A stretch of 64,000 bases of DNA, taken from an uncultured Phycisphaerales bacterium (GTDB lineage Bacteria > Planctomycetota > Phycisphaerae > Sedimentisphaerales > Anaerobacaceae). The notes beneath the pieces were generated by a model. It made no database searches. It was not told where the DNA came from and saw nothing but the letters and a program-made list of their open reading frames with translations. This document shows positions 21,367 through 31,617 of the stretch, piece by piece. Both the position numbers and the translations under genes were made by a program. The DNA lies in the NCBI GenBank assembly GCA_963710355.1, contig CAVPZU010000001.1:25572-89571 (forward strand). The letters are read 5' to 3'. The stretch's first letter is position 1; each line of letters opens with the position of its first letter.

Positions 21367-21609
21367 AGCTAAGAAACCTTTCCTGTGCTACTCTGCAAAG
21401 CGCCTACTACGCCGAAGTCCGCCGCAGGTGGACGAAGGCCGGAAGCGAGGCTTCTTTGCTATGTAGCACGAGCACAAACGACACAGACGCTCTCCACCCT
21501 CGTCATCGTTAAAACTTTAGCTAAATTAACAATTCAGTATCATATAAGATTAAGCAGGTTTTGTCAAACATTACCATCAGGAAACAATTTAGTTGACCTG
21601 CTGAAATTT

Positions 21610-21637
21610 TTGACAATAATTTGTTCAAACTTATAAT
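21610..21637 (+). promoter_or_regulatory. Consensus sigma70-type promoter upstream of the TPR lipoprotein gene
   Basis: Reads TTGACA (21610-21615), a 16-nt spacer, then TATAAT (21632-21637). Confidence 0.6.
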
Positions 21638-21711
21638 TCTAAAAGGCCGATAATTGTATGAATGCAGCTGCCAGCGTTCAGAACAGGGATGGATTAGTGG
21701 AAAGGCGATTT

Positions 21712-22720
21712 TCTATGTCTAAAAAGACAAATATCCTTCTTGTGATATTCATTTTTCCCCTTGGTCTTTTTTTATTTTCAGGATGCCGCAGTCTGCCTTT
21801 ATTTTCAGGAAGCCACAGGGCAGGCAGGGCTCGGGATTTGTATGTCGAGGCGGTTATGCATTCCGAGCTTAACCAAAAAGAGGAGGCGATAGCCAAGCTC
21901 AATGCCGCTGTGCAGATAAATAACAGATATTCGATTGCTTATTCATTGCTCGGCGATATTTATCAGGAGATAAAGGAATACGAGAAAAGTGCGGCCGCTT
22001 ACGAAAAGGCGACGAGGCTTTTCCCGTGGTCGTTTGATGATTATTTCAATCTCGGCAAGGTTTATCAGTTAATGGAGCGGTTTGACAGGGCGGTGCCGGC
22101 CTACTCCAGGGCCTGTGAGCTTAACCCCACCCATCTCCAGGCTCATCTTAATAATGCTCAATGCTGCTATATGCTCGAAGATTACGACAACGCCCTTAAA
22201 TACGGCTTGCTCGCAGAGCAGTTAGACCCCAATGCCCCACAGATTCAGAAAATGCTGGGGGGTATTTATGAGCTGAAAAAGGATTATGAGCAGGCCATCC
22301 GTTATTATAAGCGGTTGCTTGAAAACCAGACCGACAACACCGAAGTTATGACCTCGCTCGCTCTTGCCTATGTAAAGACTAATCGAAACGACCCCGCAAA
22401 GGAGCTTTTGAATTCTATTATCCAGAAAGAACCGGATAATGGAATGGCCTATCGGTATCTCGGCTACTGTTATCTGAAACTCGATGACAGAGATAATGCC
22501 GTTGCCAGTTACAGCAGGGCGGTTCAGATTGACGACACAGACTGGGATGCGCAGAGGCCTTGGTGTTGCTTATATATTCAAGGGTATGAAAGAGGACGGC
22601 ACGGTTGATGAACAAATGAGAACGAAGGCGGTTGAGCAGTGGAATATGTCCCTCAAACTCAAACCTGACCAGCCGAATGCGGAAAGGCTGGTTAGACTAA
22701 TCAACGGATATTCACAATAA
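21712..22720 (+). CDS. TPR-repeat lipoprotein; reading frame interrupted near 22550
   Basis: Has a signal peptide with lipobox (LFLFSGC) and multiple TPR units. ORF 21658-22608 continues in ORF 22484-22720 (DWDA / RGLGVAYIFKG). Confidence 0.75.
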
Positions 22721-22744
22721 GCCAAAAGTTGGTTAAGAAAGTTA

Positions 22745-23356
22745 ATGAGTGAGCCTCTGCACAAACAAACAAATGCCCGGCCAAAAAACGGTCGGGTTTT
22801 TTTGTCCCGTCTTTATTCGCCGGATGCACGGCGGATTACCTTAAAGCCAACTGCCGACCCCCCTGCACACCTAATTTTCTGGCTGTCCTTCGCTGCAGGG
22901 CTAATTCTCGATTTGTGGACTAAAAGTGCCGCATTTAAATATTTGCAGAGTGGACATATCAACGGTATTTCTGTGATAAACGGCTTTTTGCAGATAGTCC
23001 GCACCGAAAATACCGGAGCCGCCTTTGGAATCGCATCAGGTATGTACCGCCTTCTGACGGCTGTATCATTTGCTGCGATGATAATAGTCCTTTTGATATT
23101 TTTATTTGGCAGGGTAAAGTGCGGCTCTTTTTATCTTGCGATGGGTTTTCTTGCCGCCGGAATAAGCGGAAATCTATATGACAGAATTTTTAATAATGGG
23201 AGGGTGCGGGATTTCATTGATGTTGTCTATTGGCCGGGAAGACACTGGCCCGCCTTTAATGTCGCCGACAGTTTATTGTGTATCGCTGTAGGTATCATCC
23301 TTTTACTGAGCTTCACTGGGAAGCTTTATCAAAAACATGGTCAGCAACAAAAATAG
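22745..23356 (+). CDS. lspA: Lipoprotein signal peptidase (signal peptidase II)
   Basis: Contains the NTGAAFG and FNVADS motifs and four TM segments. The N-terminal extension is of uncertain reality. Confidence 0.85.
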   Translation: MSEPLHKQTNARPKNGRVFLSRLYSPDARRITLKPTADPPAHLIFWLSFAAGLILDLWTKSAAFKYLQSGHINGISVINGFLQIVRTENTGAAFGIASGMYRLLTAVSFAAMIIVLLIFLFGRVKCGSFYLAMGFLAAGISGNLYDRIFNNGRVRDFIDVVYWPGRHWPAFNVADSLLCIAVGIILLLSFTGKLYQKHGQQQK

Positions 23357-23708
23357 GGATATTTGACGCAGCAGCCAGTGCAATGGCATCGGACGGCCTC
23401 GAATCGATTTCTTTTTTTTCGCCGTTCAGGATAAGTGTTATCTTTGCAAAAAAAGTATGATGACGCAGGTCGTTTACAACGACTTTCTCGACCTTTGCCC
23501 CGAGGCTTGCGATTATGCTCTCCAGCAGCTCGTGCGTCATTGGCCGGGGCGGCTTAATCCCCTTTATCCTCCGGTCTATTGCAAAAATCTCCGCAATTCC
23601 TATCACAATCGGCAGCGTCCGCTCGCCGTCGATCTCCTTCAGGACGATTACCTGCTGGTCGCTCGTCTCATTGATAATGATTCGGGATAATTCTACCCTT
23701 GTTTCCAT
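23313..23708 (-). CDS. Bifunctional nuclease family protein (DUF151/BFN)
   Basis: 131 aa, with VIVLKE...LPIVIG...PPRPMTHELL typical of BFN-domain proteins. Confidence 0.8.
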   Translation of the reverse strand: METRVELSRIIINETSDQQVIVLKEIDGERTLPIVIGIAEIFAIDRRIKGIKPPRPMTHELLESIIASLGAKVEKVVVNDLRHHTFFAKITLILNGEKKEIDSRPSDAIALAAASNIPIFVADHVFDKASQ

Positions 23709-23728
23709 ATTTTTCTTAAAAACAGTGT

Positions 23729-23834
23729 TAATCCGTGTCTAATTTTTCTCTTTTTTAATCCGTGTCAATCCGTGTAATTCGTTGTCCGCCTTCGGCGGAT
23801 TGTTTTTTACACTTCTCACTACATCAATCCGTGG
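23729..23834. promoter_or_regulatory. Four direct copies of AATCCGTG in the BFN-valS intergenic region
   Basis: taatccgtgt occurs at 23729-23738 and 23756-23765, caatccgtgt at 23766-23775, and caatccgtgg at 23825-23834. All lie upstream of the BFN gene start (23708). Confidence 0.3.
23785..23808 (+). terminator. Terminator-like hairpin with a T-run on the plus strand (no obvious plus-strand gene to terminate)
   Basis: Reads tccgc-cttcg-gcgga, followed by ttgtttttt. On the minus strand the run is an A-tract preceding the stem, just after the valS stop. Confidence 0.4.
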
Positions 23835-23843
23835 TAAAACAAC

Positions 23844-26800
23844 TTATTTCTCCAGTCCCCGCAGGTGCTTTTCGATTTGTTTGAGCTGTTCTGTTAGTTC
23901 CGCCACTTTCTCTTTTGCCTGTTTTACCACGGCAGGCTTCGCCTTTGCAACAAAATTCTCGTTTGCCAATTTCGCCTCAGCGGCTTTTATCCAGTTTTCA
24001 ACCTGTTCCTTTTGCTTGTTGAGTTTGGAACGCTCGGTTTCAATATCGAGGGCGTAATGGACATAAATTGCCATTACATCAGTGATTGAAACAGTGGCAT
24101 TATCAGGTTTGACAACAGAGATACCTGCTTGGAGACCTTTTACGCCGGCTGATTGTTCAATCAGTTTTACATTTTTATTAAGTATGTCGGCGTTTTCCTT
24201 CAATGTTTTTATGGATACTTGTAATAGTTCTTTCGGGGGTATATTTTGGTTGCTTCGAATATCCCGAATAGTGCGAACTGCCGTTTGCACAAGGTCTATC
24301 TCTTTTTCCGCCTGTTCGTAAACTAAAGCATCGATTTGTCTCGGCCATTGCGCAATCACAAGTGCATCAGCTTTTGTGCCGTCAGCTATGCCGGCCAGTT
24401 TCCTTACAGGAGCGATTTTCTTAAGTTTCTGAAATATGCCCTCTGTGATAAACGGCACGAACGGATGCAAAAGCCGCAGCGTCTGGTCAAGCACAAACGC
24501 CAGAACATTTTGCACAATTGGCCTTTGCTCCTCATCTTGCAGCCTTTTTTTAATCCATTCGAGGTACCAATCGCAAAAATCATTCCAGAAAAATTTGTAT
24601 AACTGCGACAACGGCTCGCTGAACTGATAATTCTCCAGCGACCCTGTCGTCTCTGAAATGGTCTTTGCCAGGCGGGACAGAATCCATTTATCGACCACTG
24701 TTAACTTGTCTTTGTCGAATTTGTCGGCATCGATGCCTTCGAGGTTCATCATCGCAAATCGCGATGCGTTCCAGAGTTTGTTGCAAAAATTCCTGCCGAT
24801 ATCGAATTTCGGCGATGTATTTGCACACCTGCCGTCCGGCAAAGTCATTGAGACAACCGGCATTCTGATGTCCTGCGTCTCGGTTGTCATACTTGCAAGC
24901 GTAAATCGCATCGCATCTGCGCCGTGGCTGTCAATCACAACCAGCGGGTCGATGCCGTTGCCCAAACTTTTACTCATCTTTCTGCCTTCGCCGTCCTGTA
25001 TCATCGCGTGAATATAAACATCGCTAAAAGGTATATCGCCCGCACAGTATTGGCCCATCATAACCATTCGCGACACCCAAAGCGTTATGATTTCGCGAGC
25101 GGTGCAGAGGAGATTGCCGGGATAAAAAGTTTTCAATTCAGCCGTCTCTTCCGGCCACCCCATCGTACTGAACGGCCACAACGCAGAACTAAACCACGTA
25201 TCCAGAACATCAGCGTCACGTGTGCAGGTTTTAATTCGCTGGTGAAGATTTATGATATATTTGAACGCATCCTCTCCGAATTTCTTCCTGAATTCGTTGT
25301 TGTCGGCCACATCTTTCTTCAGTTGCTCTCTTGTTCTGCTTCCGCTTTTGTGGCTGAGAATCTTACTTAGAAGTTCTAATATCTCATCTACCTTCTCGAT
25401 TTTCCCACAGACATAAAATGGATAAGTCCCTTCGATAAGCCGAGGAGAACGATAATATGCAACTTCTTTATCAACATCAACACCACACTTCCTCAAGAAC
25501 TCAAGTACATGAGTTTCACATTCTTTGTCATGTTTGTTGTCTGGTTCGCCTATTTTTCTATAATGGGCAGACGAGAATGTGATTGTCCAAGCTGGTATTC
25601 TGTGCCCCCACCATAGTTGTCTGCTTATTGGCCAGTCGCGAAGGTTCTCTAACCAGCTTTTATAAGTATTCGCATATCTTTCCGGTATGAATCGCAATCT
25701 GCCATCGAGCAGCGGCGCCAACGCCAGACCTGCAAGTGAATTTACCGGCACATCAGTGCCTTCGATAAGGCCAGAGCCGAATTTTTCAGCCAGATGCTCA
25801 ATCGGTTTTTTTACCGCTATATACCACTGGTCTGAAAGATACGGCTCAATCGGCACGTGACTGCGATAACTATGGCCTACCTCGTGAGTGTATTCTTTAA
25901 CATCCTCAAGAAGGTTTTCATTTCTAAACCATTCGACAACTGCCTCGCGGGCCTCGAAACGGTCCATACCAATAAGATTTTCCACGTCAGGATTTTTAAT
26001 CTGCTCCCAGTCCTCCCAGCCGAATTTGTCGCTTATTGAGCCATCCAGCGCCATTATATTTATAACAGGCAGGTTATGTCGCAGACCGATTTCCCAGTCG
26101 TCCGGGTCGTGCGCAGGCGTCACCTTCAAAAAGCCTGTCGAATATCTCGCCTTTTCATCTTCACTTTCAGAATTCGGCAAAGCAACATGTTCATCAGCAA
26201 TAATCGGAATAATCCTGCCGACAATCGGCAGCCGAACAGTTTTACCCACCAGATATTTCGCACGTTTATCCGCCGGATTCATCGCAACCGCCGTATCGCC
26301 CAGCATTGTTTCCGGCCTTGTCGTCGCAACCGTCACATACTCTATCGTCTTGCCGCCGATTTTAACGGGTTCAACCAATGGATATTGCAGATACCAGAAA
26401 TGCCCCTTGACCGTTTCGTGCTCAACCTCATCGTCTGCAAGCACCGTTTGCGTGGCGGGGTCCCAGTTGACAAGCCTCTTGCCGCGGTAAATCAGTTCGT
26501 CTTTGAATAATTTAAAGAACGCTGCCCGCACCGCCTTTGCACAAACCTCATCCATTGTAAAGCGTGTCCGCTGCCAGTCGCACGAGCAGCCCATTGCCTT
26601 TAGCTGCTCCAATATCCTCGCCTCGTATTCATCCTTCCACGCCTGAACGCGGGCGACAAAATCCTGCCGTGAAAAATCGGTGCGCCTTTTGCCTTCTTCG
26701 GCCAGAATCTGTTTTTCCACTACCGTCTGCGTTGCGATGCCTGCGTGGTCTGTGCCAGGCATCCAGAGGGTATTGAACTGCCGCATCCTATGGAAACGAA

Positions 26801-27095
26801 TCAGTATATCCTGAAGGGTATTGTTAAGGGCGTGGCCCAGATGCAGCGGGGCGGTGACATTCGGCGGCGGAATCACGATACAATATGATGGTGAGCTTGT
26901 CGAACCATAGGTCTTGTCGGAACGGCCGGCCTTTGCGTGAAAAAGATTGCCCTCCTCCCAGATTTCTTGTGCAAACTCCTCCGTTATTTTCGGCTCATAA
27001 ACCTTTGACAGCTCTTCGCTCATTTTCCCTGCTAATTCAAAACTCCCTGTGCCTTTGCTCCTTTGCGCCTTTATACTATCCGCTCTACGCTCCAC
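23844..27095 (-). CDS. valS: Valyl-tRNA synthetase (with an extra in-frame insertion)
   Basis: Has a HIGH-type motif (PLHLGHALN), KMSKS (RKMSKSLGN) and a C-terminal coiled coil. ATG 27023 (MSEELSKVYEPK, preceded by aggga) is an alternative start to GTG 27095. Confidence 0.95.
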   Translation of the reverse strand: MERRADSIKAQRSKGTGSFELAGKMSEELSKVYEPKITEEFAQEIWEEGNLFHAKAGRSDKTYGSTSSPSYCIVIPPPNVTAPLHLGHALNNTLQDILIRFHRMRQFNTLWMPGTDHAGIATQTVVEKQILAEEGKRRTDFSRQDFVARVQAWKDEYEARILEQLKAMGCSCDWQRTRFTMDEVCAKAVRAAFFKLFKDELIYRGKRLVNWDPATQTVLADDEVEHETVKGHFWYLQYPLVEPVKIGGKTIEYVTVATTRPETMLGDTAVAMNPADKRAKYLVGKTVRLPIVGRIIPIIADEHVALPNSESEDEKARYSTGFLKVTPAHDPDDWEIGLRHNLPVINIMALDGSISDKFGWEDWEQIKNPDVENLIGMDRFEAREAVVEWFRNENLLEDVKEYTHEVGHSYRSHVPIEPYLSDQWYIAVKKPIEHLAEKFGSGLIEGTDVPVNSLAGLALAPLLDGRLRFIPERYANTYKSWLENLRDWPISRQLWWGHRIPAWTITFSSAHYRKIGEPDNKHDKECETHVLEFLRKCGVDVDKEVAYYRSPRLIEGTYPFYVCGKIEKVDEILELLSKILSHKSGSRTREQLKKDVADNNEFRKKFGEDAFKYIINLHQRIKTCTRDADVLDTWFSSALWPFSTMGWPEETAELKTFYPGNLLCTAREIITLWVSRMVMMGQYCAGDIPFSDVYIHAMIQDGEGRKMSKSLGNGIDPLVVIDSHGADAMRFTLASMTTETQDIRMPVVSMTLPDGRCANTSPKFDIGRNFCNKLWNASRFAMMNLEGIDADKFDKDKLTVVDKWILSRLAKTISETTGSLENYQFSEPLSQLYKFFWNDFCDWYLEWIKKRLQDEEQRPIVQNVLAFVLDQTLRLLHPFVPFITEGIFQKLKKIAPVRKLAGIADGTKADALVIAQWPRQIDALVYEQAEKEIDLVQTAVRTIRDIRSNQNIPPKELLQVSIKTLKENADILNKNVKLIEQSAGVKGLQAGISVVKPDNATVSITDVMAIYVHYALDIETERSKLNKQKEQVENWIKAAEAKLANENFVAKAKPAVVKQAKEKVAELTEQLKQIEKHLRGLEK

Positions 27096-27103
27096 GCTAT
27101 ACG

Positions 27104-28346
27104 CTAATCAATATTCATAGTCATCAGGAACTCGGCGTTTGTCTTGGTCTTTGCAAGCCTGTTTTTCAGAAGCTCTACCGCCTCAACAGGATTCAGGTCG
27201 CTTAGAACCCTTCGCAGCCGATAGACCAGTTCAAGCTCTTTCTTGTCTAACAGTAATTCCTCTCTTCTTGTGCCGCTTCGGCTGATATCAATAGCAGGCC
27301 AGATTCTTTTATCGACCAGCCGCCTGTCCAAATGCAGCTCCATATTACCCGTTGCCTTGAACTCCTCGAAAATGACTTCATCCATCTTCGAACCCGTATC
27401 AATCAGTGCCGTTGCAAAGATGGTAAGCGACCCGCCGTGTTCGATGTTTCGGGCGGCACCGAAGAATTTTTTCGGCATCTGCATTGCGCCTGCGTCAACG
27501 CCGCCCGTCAGAATCTTGCCGGAGTGCGGCATCTCCGAGTTATATGCCCGAGCAAGCCGTGTAATCGAATCCAGCAGGATAACAACATCGTGGCCGTATT
27601 CGACCATACGCTTTGCCTTTTCGATTACCACCTCGGCGATCTGACAGTGCCGTGCAGCCGGCTCGTCAAATGTTGAGCTGATGACTTCAACATCGTCGGC
27701 GGTCTTGCGTTCCATCTCTGTCACCTCTTCCGGCCTTTCGTCAATCAGCAGCACTATCAGTTTTATATCCGGGAAATTTGTGCTGATGGCATTTGCCATT
27801 TTCTGCAGCAGAATGGTTTTGCCTGTTCTCGGCGAAGCGACAATCAGGCCGCGCTGACCCTTGCCTACAGGTGTTATCAGGTCGATTATCCGCATATTCA
27901 GCTGCGTCAGGCGATGTCTCCATAATTATCCTTTGCTCGGGGTGAAGCGGCGTCAGGTCGCTGAATACTATCTTTTCTGAAAGATTGTCCGGGTTTTCGA
28001 AGTTGATGGCCTCAACACGCAATAACGCAAAGTATTTTTCCGAATCCTTCGGTGGACGAATCTGGCCTGATACAGTATTGCCTGTCCGCAGTCCGAACCG
28101 CCTTATCTGCGATGGCGAAACATATATGTCGTCCGGACTCGACAGGTAATTGTAATCCGGGTTTCGCAGGAAGCCGTAGCCGTCCGGCAGCACCTCCAGC
28201 ACTCCTTCGCCATACAACAGCCCGTTCTGCTGAATCCGCTCTTTGAGGATTCTGAATATAAGGTCCTGCTTTTTCAACGCTATGAATTCGGAGATTTTTT
28301 CATTCTTGGCTATCTCGTGAAGTTCGGCTACGGTAAGTTTTTGCAA
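27104..28346 (-). CDS. rho: Transcription termination factor Rho; reading frame interrupted near 27908
   Basis: The N-terminal RNA-binding part ([15 protein letters not shown]) is in ORF 27741-28346. The ATPase part ([19 protein letters not shown]) is in ORF 27104-27895. The frame also stays open upstream to about 28640. Confidence 0.9.
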
Positions 28347-28803
28347 ATCCGTCAGATACAGGCTGCCGCGTTTGATTCGTTCGTATTTGTCATGAGTGGA
28401 TTCTTCGATTTCTGCCTTGGTTTTGGCCTCAGCCGGTTCCGTTTCCTTTGTCTCCTGAACGGCTGTTGCTGTTTCGGCAGATTCCTTGGGTTTTGCCTGC
28501 TGTTCAGCCTCGACACTCGCTTCTTCGGCAGCCTCAACCTCTGCGCTCGCCGGCCGCTCATCCGAAATTTGCTGCTCGGTTTCGGGATTTTTCCTTGCGC
28601 TCTGCGTTTTTGGACTCCGTATTTTCTTGGTTTTGAAGACCCCTTAACCATAATTGCTCCTTTGCTACAGTAAAAAATTCCGTCAATTTACGGGATTTGC
28701 TATTCTGTTGTGATTTCCTGCGATTTGATTTTGAATAGCAGAAAGAACTCTAATTTGTCAAAAATAGGGTTTAACAGATAGATTGTTCTATAACAAGCCC
28801 CAC

Positions 28804-29421
28804 TTACCCATTTTCCATAATATTTGAGAAGATTTCCGCGATTTGTCTTTCCACGCCTGTCAGGTTCACATTGTTATCGACAATATAGTCGGCGATTTTC
28901 TTCTTCCTGTCCAGAGAAATCTGAAATTTTTCCCGAATTTTTATTTTATATTCATCCAAAAGGCCGTTTTTTTGAGACCTTTGAAGCCTCTTTTCTCGCC
29001 CGCACTCGACAAATATAAGCTTGTCGCAGCGTTTTGTCCAGTCAATTTCAGCCAAAAGCGGCATATCAAGAACAATCGCCTTTATACCAGGCTGCCTGTT
29101 ATATTCTTTAATAAGCTGCTCGATTTGCGCCAACACAGGCGGGTGGGTTATCCTGTTGAGCTGGGCAACTTTTGCAGGGCTTTTGAAAGCAATTTCTGCG
29201 ACCTTCCGGCGGTCTATTTTACTACTGGCGTTTATTATATCATTGCCGAATAGTTTAAGCAACTCTTTTTTTATTTTAGGCTTCTCAACAATCTCGTGGG
29301 TAATCTTGTCGGCGTCGATTACTCCGCAGCCGTGTTTGCCGAAACCGGCTGCAACCGTGCTTTTGCCGCAACCTATTCCGCCTAAAATGCCGATGATTTT
29401 TTTCCTCACTTTTCTGTTCAC
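28804..29421 (-). CDS. coaE: Dephospho-CoA kinase
   Basis: Has the P-loop GILGGIGCGKST, is 205 aa, and shows CoaE-like sequence throughout. Confidence 0.9.
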   Translation of the reverse strand: MNRKVRKKIIGILGGIGCGKSTVAAGFGKHGCGVIDADKITHEIVEKPKIKKELLKLFGNDIINASSKIDRRKVAEIAFKSPAKVAQLNRITHPPVLAQIEQLIKEYNRQPGIKAIVLDMPLLAEIDWTKRCDKLIFVECGREKRLQRSQKNGLLDEYKIKIREKFQISLDRKKKIADYIVDNNVNLTGVERQIAEIFSNIMENG

Positions 29422-29605
29422 TCCTGCAAATTTAATACCTTCTCCTTATATAGTCAATACCCTGTTGTGAAATCTGTGGACAAATCTGGGATGTTTACCA
29501 GTCTTGGGATAATAGGGGGGCAGCGGTGTTGCGATTTTTTTTCCTGTGCGTTCCCTGCGGTGAATTTGTCGTTAGTCTGGTGTCTGGCGTCTGGCGTCCG
29601 TCTTC

Positions 29606-31414
29606 CTAAGCGGCGGAGTATGTTTTTTCGCTGATTTGTTTATTCGACGGTTTTTGCAAGGCGGGCAATATGTAATTCTGCACCACTGCATCCCAGCTCA
29701 TATTTTTTGCAATCTCATAGCCGCTCTCTGTCATCTTTTCGATATCATAATCGTTTGAAGTAAGCTGCTGATGTATCTGATTGGCGATTTGTTCCGCCAC
29801 GCAGCATTCTATCTTTTCCCGCACCGTCTTGTCGATTTGAACTATTGTTTCAACGCTGTCGCAGCCGCAGCGACGCAGATTTGTATAGTCGGCTATTATT
29901 ACATTTCCGATTTTTTCAACCGGTGGTGAGCCTGTCGAATCCACGCAGGTCACATCGCGGACAAACCCTGCACAGCCGCAGACGTTGCTGACTACGCAGA
30001 TTCCGCCGAATGTCAGAGGCTCCAATTGTGAAATTCCGAACGGCTCATAAATGCTCATTCCAAATTCCACGTCCGTTCCCATTCGAAGGTCTGTAAATGT
30101 CAAATCCTGCGGCATTTTGTTTCCGCAGCAGTGTTGACAGAAGCCGAACTGGTTTATGAAGACTACCTTGACGTTTTTGCTCTGCGCGTTGAATTTCTGG
30201 ATTAGTGTGTAGAGGTCTGCCTCGCCTCCGGACAGGTCAGGCCAGCCTTCGCGGTGTGCCACAGGCCAGTTGTATCTTGATTCCATTTCATAAATAGCAC
30301 TGCCCGGCCTTTTCGAAACCTCGGTTGAAAGCAGGAACATAATGGCTGTTTTGCCGTCCTTCTGGAAATTTTTCTCGATATTCGAAAGAACCTGCAAATC
30401 CCGCCACAGCCCCTTGCTTTTGACAAGTCTTGTCACGTGTGTAAAAACGAAATCGGGACTAAAGCCCAGCAGATTTTCGCAGTATCTTTGCAGCTTGGCC
30501 TTTGACCGCAGCTTCTCCGCACCGCTGATTTTGTGTGCCGGTATTCCGTTATAGACGATGTTGATGTTTGCCGTCCCAAATTCCGGCGCAAGAAACCGCA
30601 GTTCATCGGCAACAAAGTCACCGACCGCAAAAATATAATCGCAGTGCTTTGACGCTTCAACGAGCGGATGCTTAAAGTAATCGCTCTGGTCGCCGAACGC
30701 CTCATTGATATAAAATTTGTTTTTCTGGCAGTATTTCATTACGTTGTAAAACATTGTGTCATAGCCGCTGTGCTTCTCGACAATGTTGCGGATTGTCGCC
30801 GCTTCGTGAGCGTAAAAGACGGTTTTGAAAGAGCAATTTTTTTCGAGAATGCCTGCCAGCGCCGTCGGCATTCCCATAAATTCGTGTGCGATTATAATCG
30901 TATTGTTCACAGCCCCTATCGCCTTCAGTGCAGCGATTGCAACAGGTGCAAGTCTTACATATTCCTCATAATCCCAGATATGCTCGTAAAGGTCGCTGCG
31001 GATGCCGAACTGCTCGAACAGTGCCTTTTTGAATCTGTTTATCGGCTCCTTGTTGACTATTCTTACGTCGATAAGCAGTATTTCAGGATAGCTTGTGATG
31101 CCTGTTTGCGGATTTTGGAATGTTCTTTTGCCGTAAATAATTGCTGCGCTGAAATCTCTTTCGATTTGCCGAAAAGCGCCTGTATATTGTGTCTGTGCCA
31201 GTCCGTCGCGCGAAGAATAAAGAACCTCAATATCCCCTCCGAATTGGCCCTGTATCGCTCCTTCGTATGAAAATAGCGGCCCGATGAGGATGGTGCGCCC
31301 GATTGCCTCCAGATATGTTTTGCTGGTCAGCAGGCCTTCTAAAACAGCGCCGATACCGCCGATTTTACCGGCGGCTTCGTGGGTGATATGAACAATTGTT
31401 TTATCATCTGCCAT
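29606..31414 (-). CDS. Glycosyltransferase related to GT3-type (eukaryote-like) glycogen synthases
   Basis: The N-terminus THEAAGKIGGIGAVLEGL resembles the E-x-A-x-K-x-GGI motif of GT3 glycogen synthases. I prefer ATG 31414, preceded by ggagag. The ORF track starts at 31459. Confidence 0.65.
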   Translation of the reverse strand: MADDKTIVHITHEAAGKIGGIGAVLEGLLTSKTYLEAIGRTILIGPLFSYEGAIQGQFGGDIEVLYSSRDGLAQTQYTGAFRQIERDFSAAIIYGKRTFQNPQTGITSYPEILLIDVRIVNKEPINRFKKALFEQFGIRSDLYEHIWDYEEYVRLAPVAIAALKAIGAVNNTIIIAHEFMGMPTALAGILEKNCSFKTVFYAHEAATIRNIVEKHSGYDTMFYNVMKYCQKNKFYINEAFGDQSDYFKHPLVEASKHCDYIFAVGDFVADELRFLAPEFGTANINIVYNGIPAHKISGAEKLRSKAKLQRYCENLLGFSPDFVFTHVTRLVKSKGLWRDLQVLSNIEKNFQKDGKTAIMFLLSTEVSKRPGSAIYEMESRYNWPVAHREGWPDLSGGEADLYTLIQKFNAQSKNVKVVFINQFGFCQHCCGNKMPQDLTFTDLRMGTDVEFGMSIYEPFGISQLEPLTFGGICVVSNVCGCAGFVRDVTCVDSTGSPPVEKIGNVIIADYTNLRRCGCDSVETIVQIDKTVREKIECCVAEQIANQIHQQLTSNDYDIEKMTESGYEIAKNMSWDAVVQNYILPALQKPSNKQISEKTYSAA

Positions 31415-31617
31415 ACCCAATTTCTCTCCAGTATCAAACACGTCTATTACAAAATTCAATTTCTCTCTATTTAAAATCTACGATACAGATTTGATATGTG
31501 CAAAGTGGATGGTTCTTTTGGGACTTTAATTATTTGCAGGCCGATAAGAACAGCATTTTCGGGGGAACTGTTTATTTTTTTTAGGACTGACCCGATTTGT
31601 TAAAGGGATTTTTTCCG

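Noticed and set aside
23729-23834. The AATCCGTG repeats as DnaA boxes or a replication origin.
   Set aside because: They match the TTATCCACA consensus at only about 5 of 9 positions. No dnaA/dnaN context or AT-rich unwinding element is evident.
28352-28651. The 99-aa, extremely Arg/Lys-rich ORF as a confident separate gene.
   Set aside because: It lies in a low-complexity stretch where three or more frames are open. The rho frame shows the G-first codon pattern and runs directly into conserved Rho sequence. I kept it as an open question in the findings rather than calling it a CDS.
29575-29598. The tandem heptamer gtctggY x3.4 as a CRISPR or minisatellite feature.
   Set aside because: It is far too short, has no spacers, and is a simple tandem repeat in the coaE upstream region of unclear significance.
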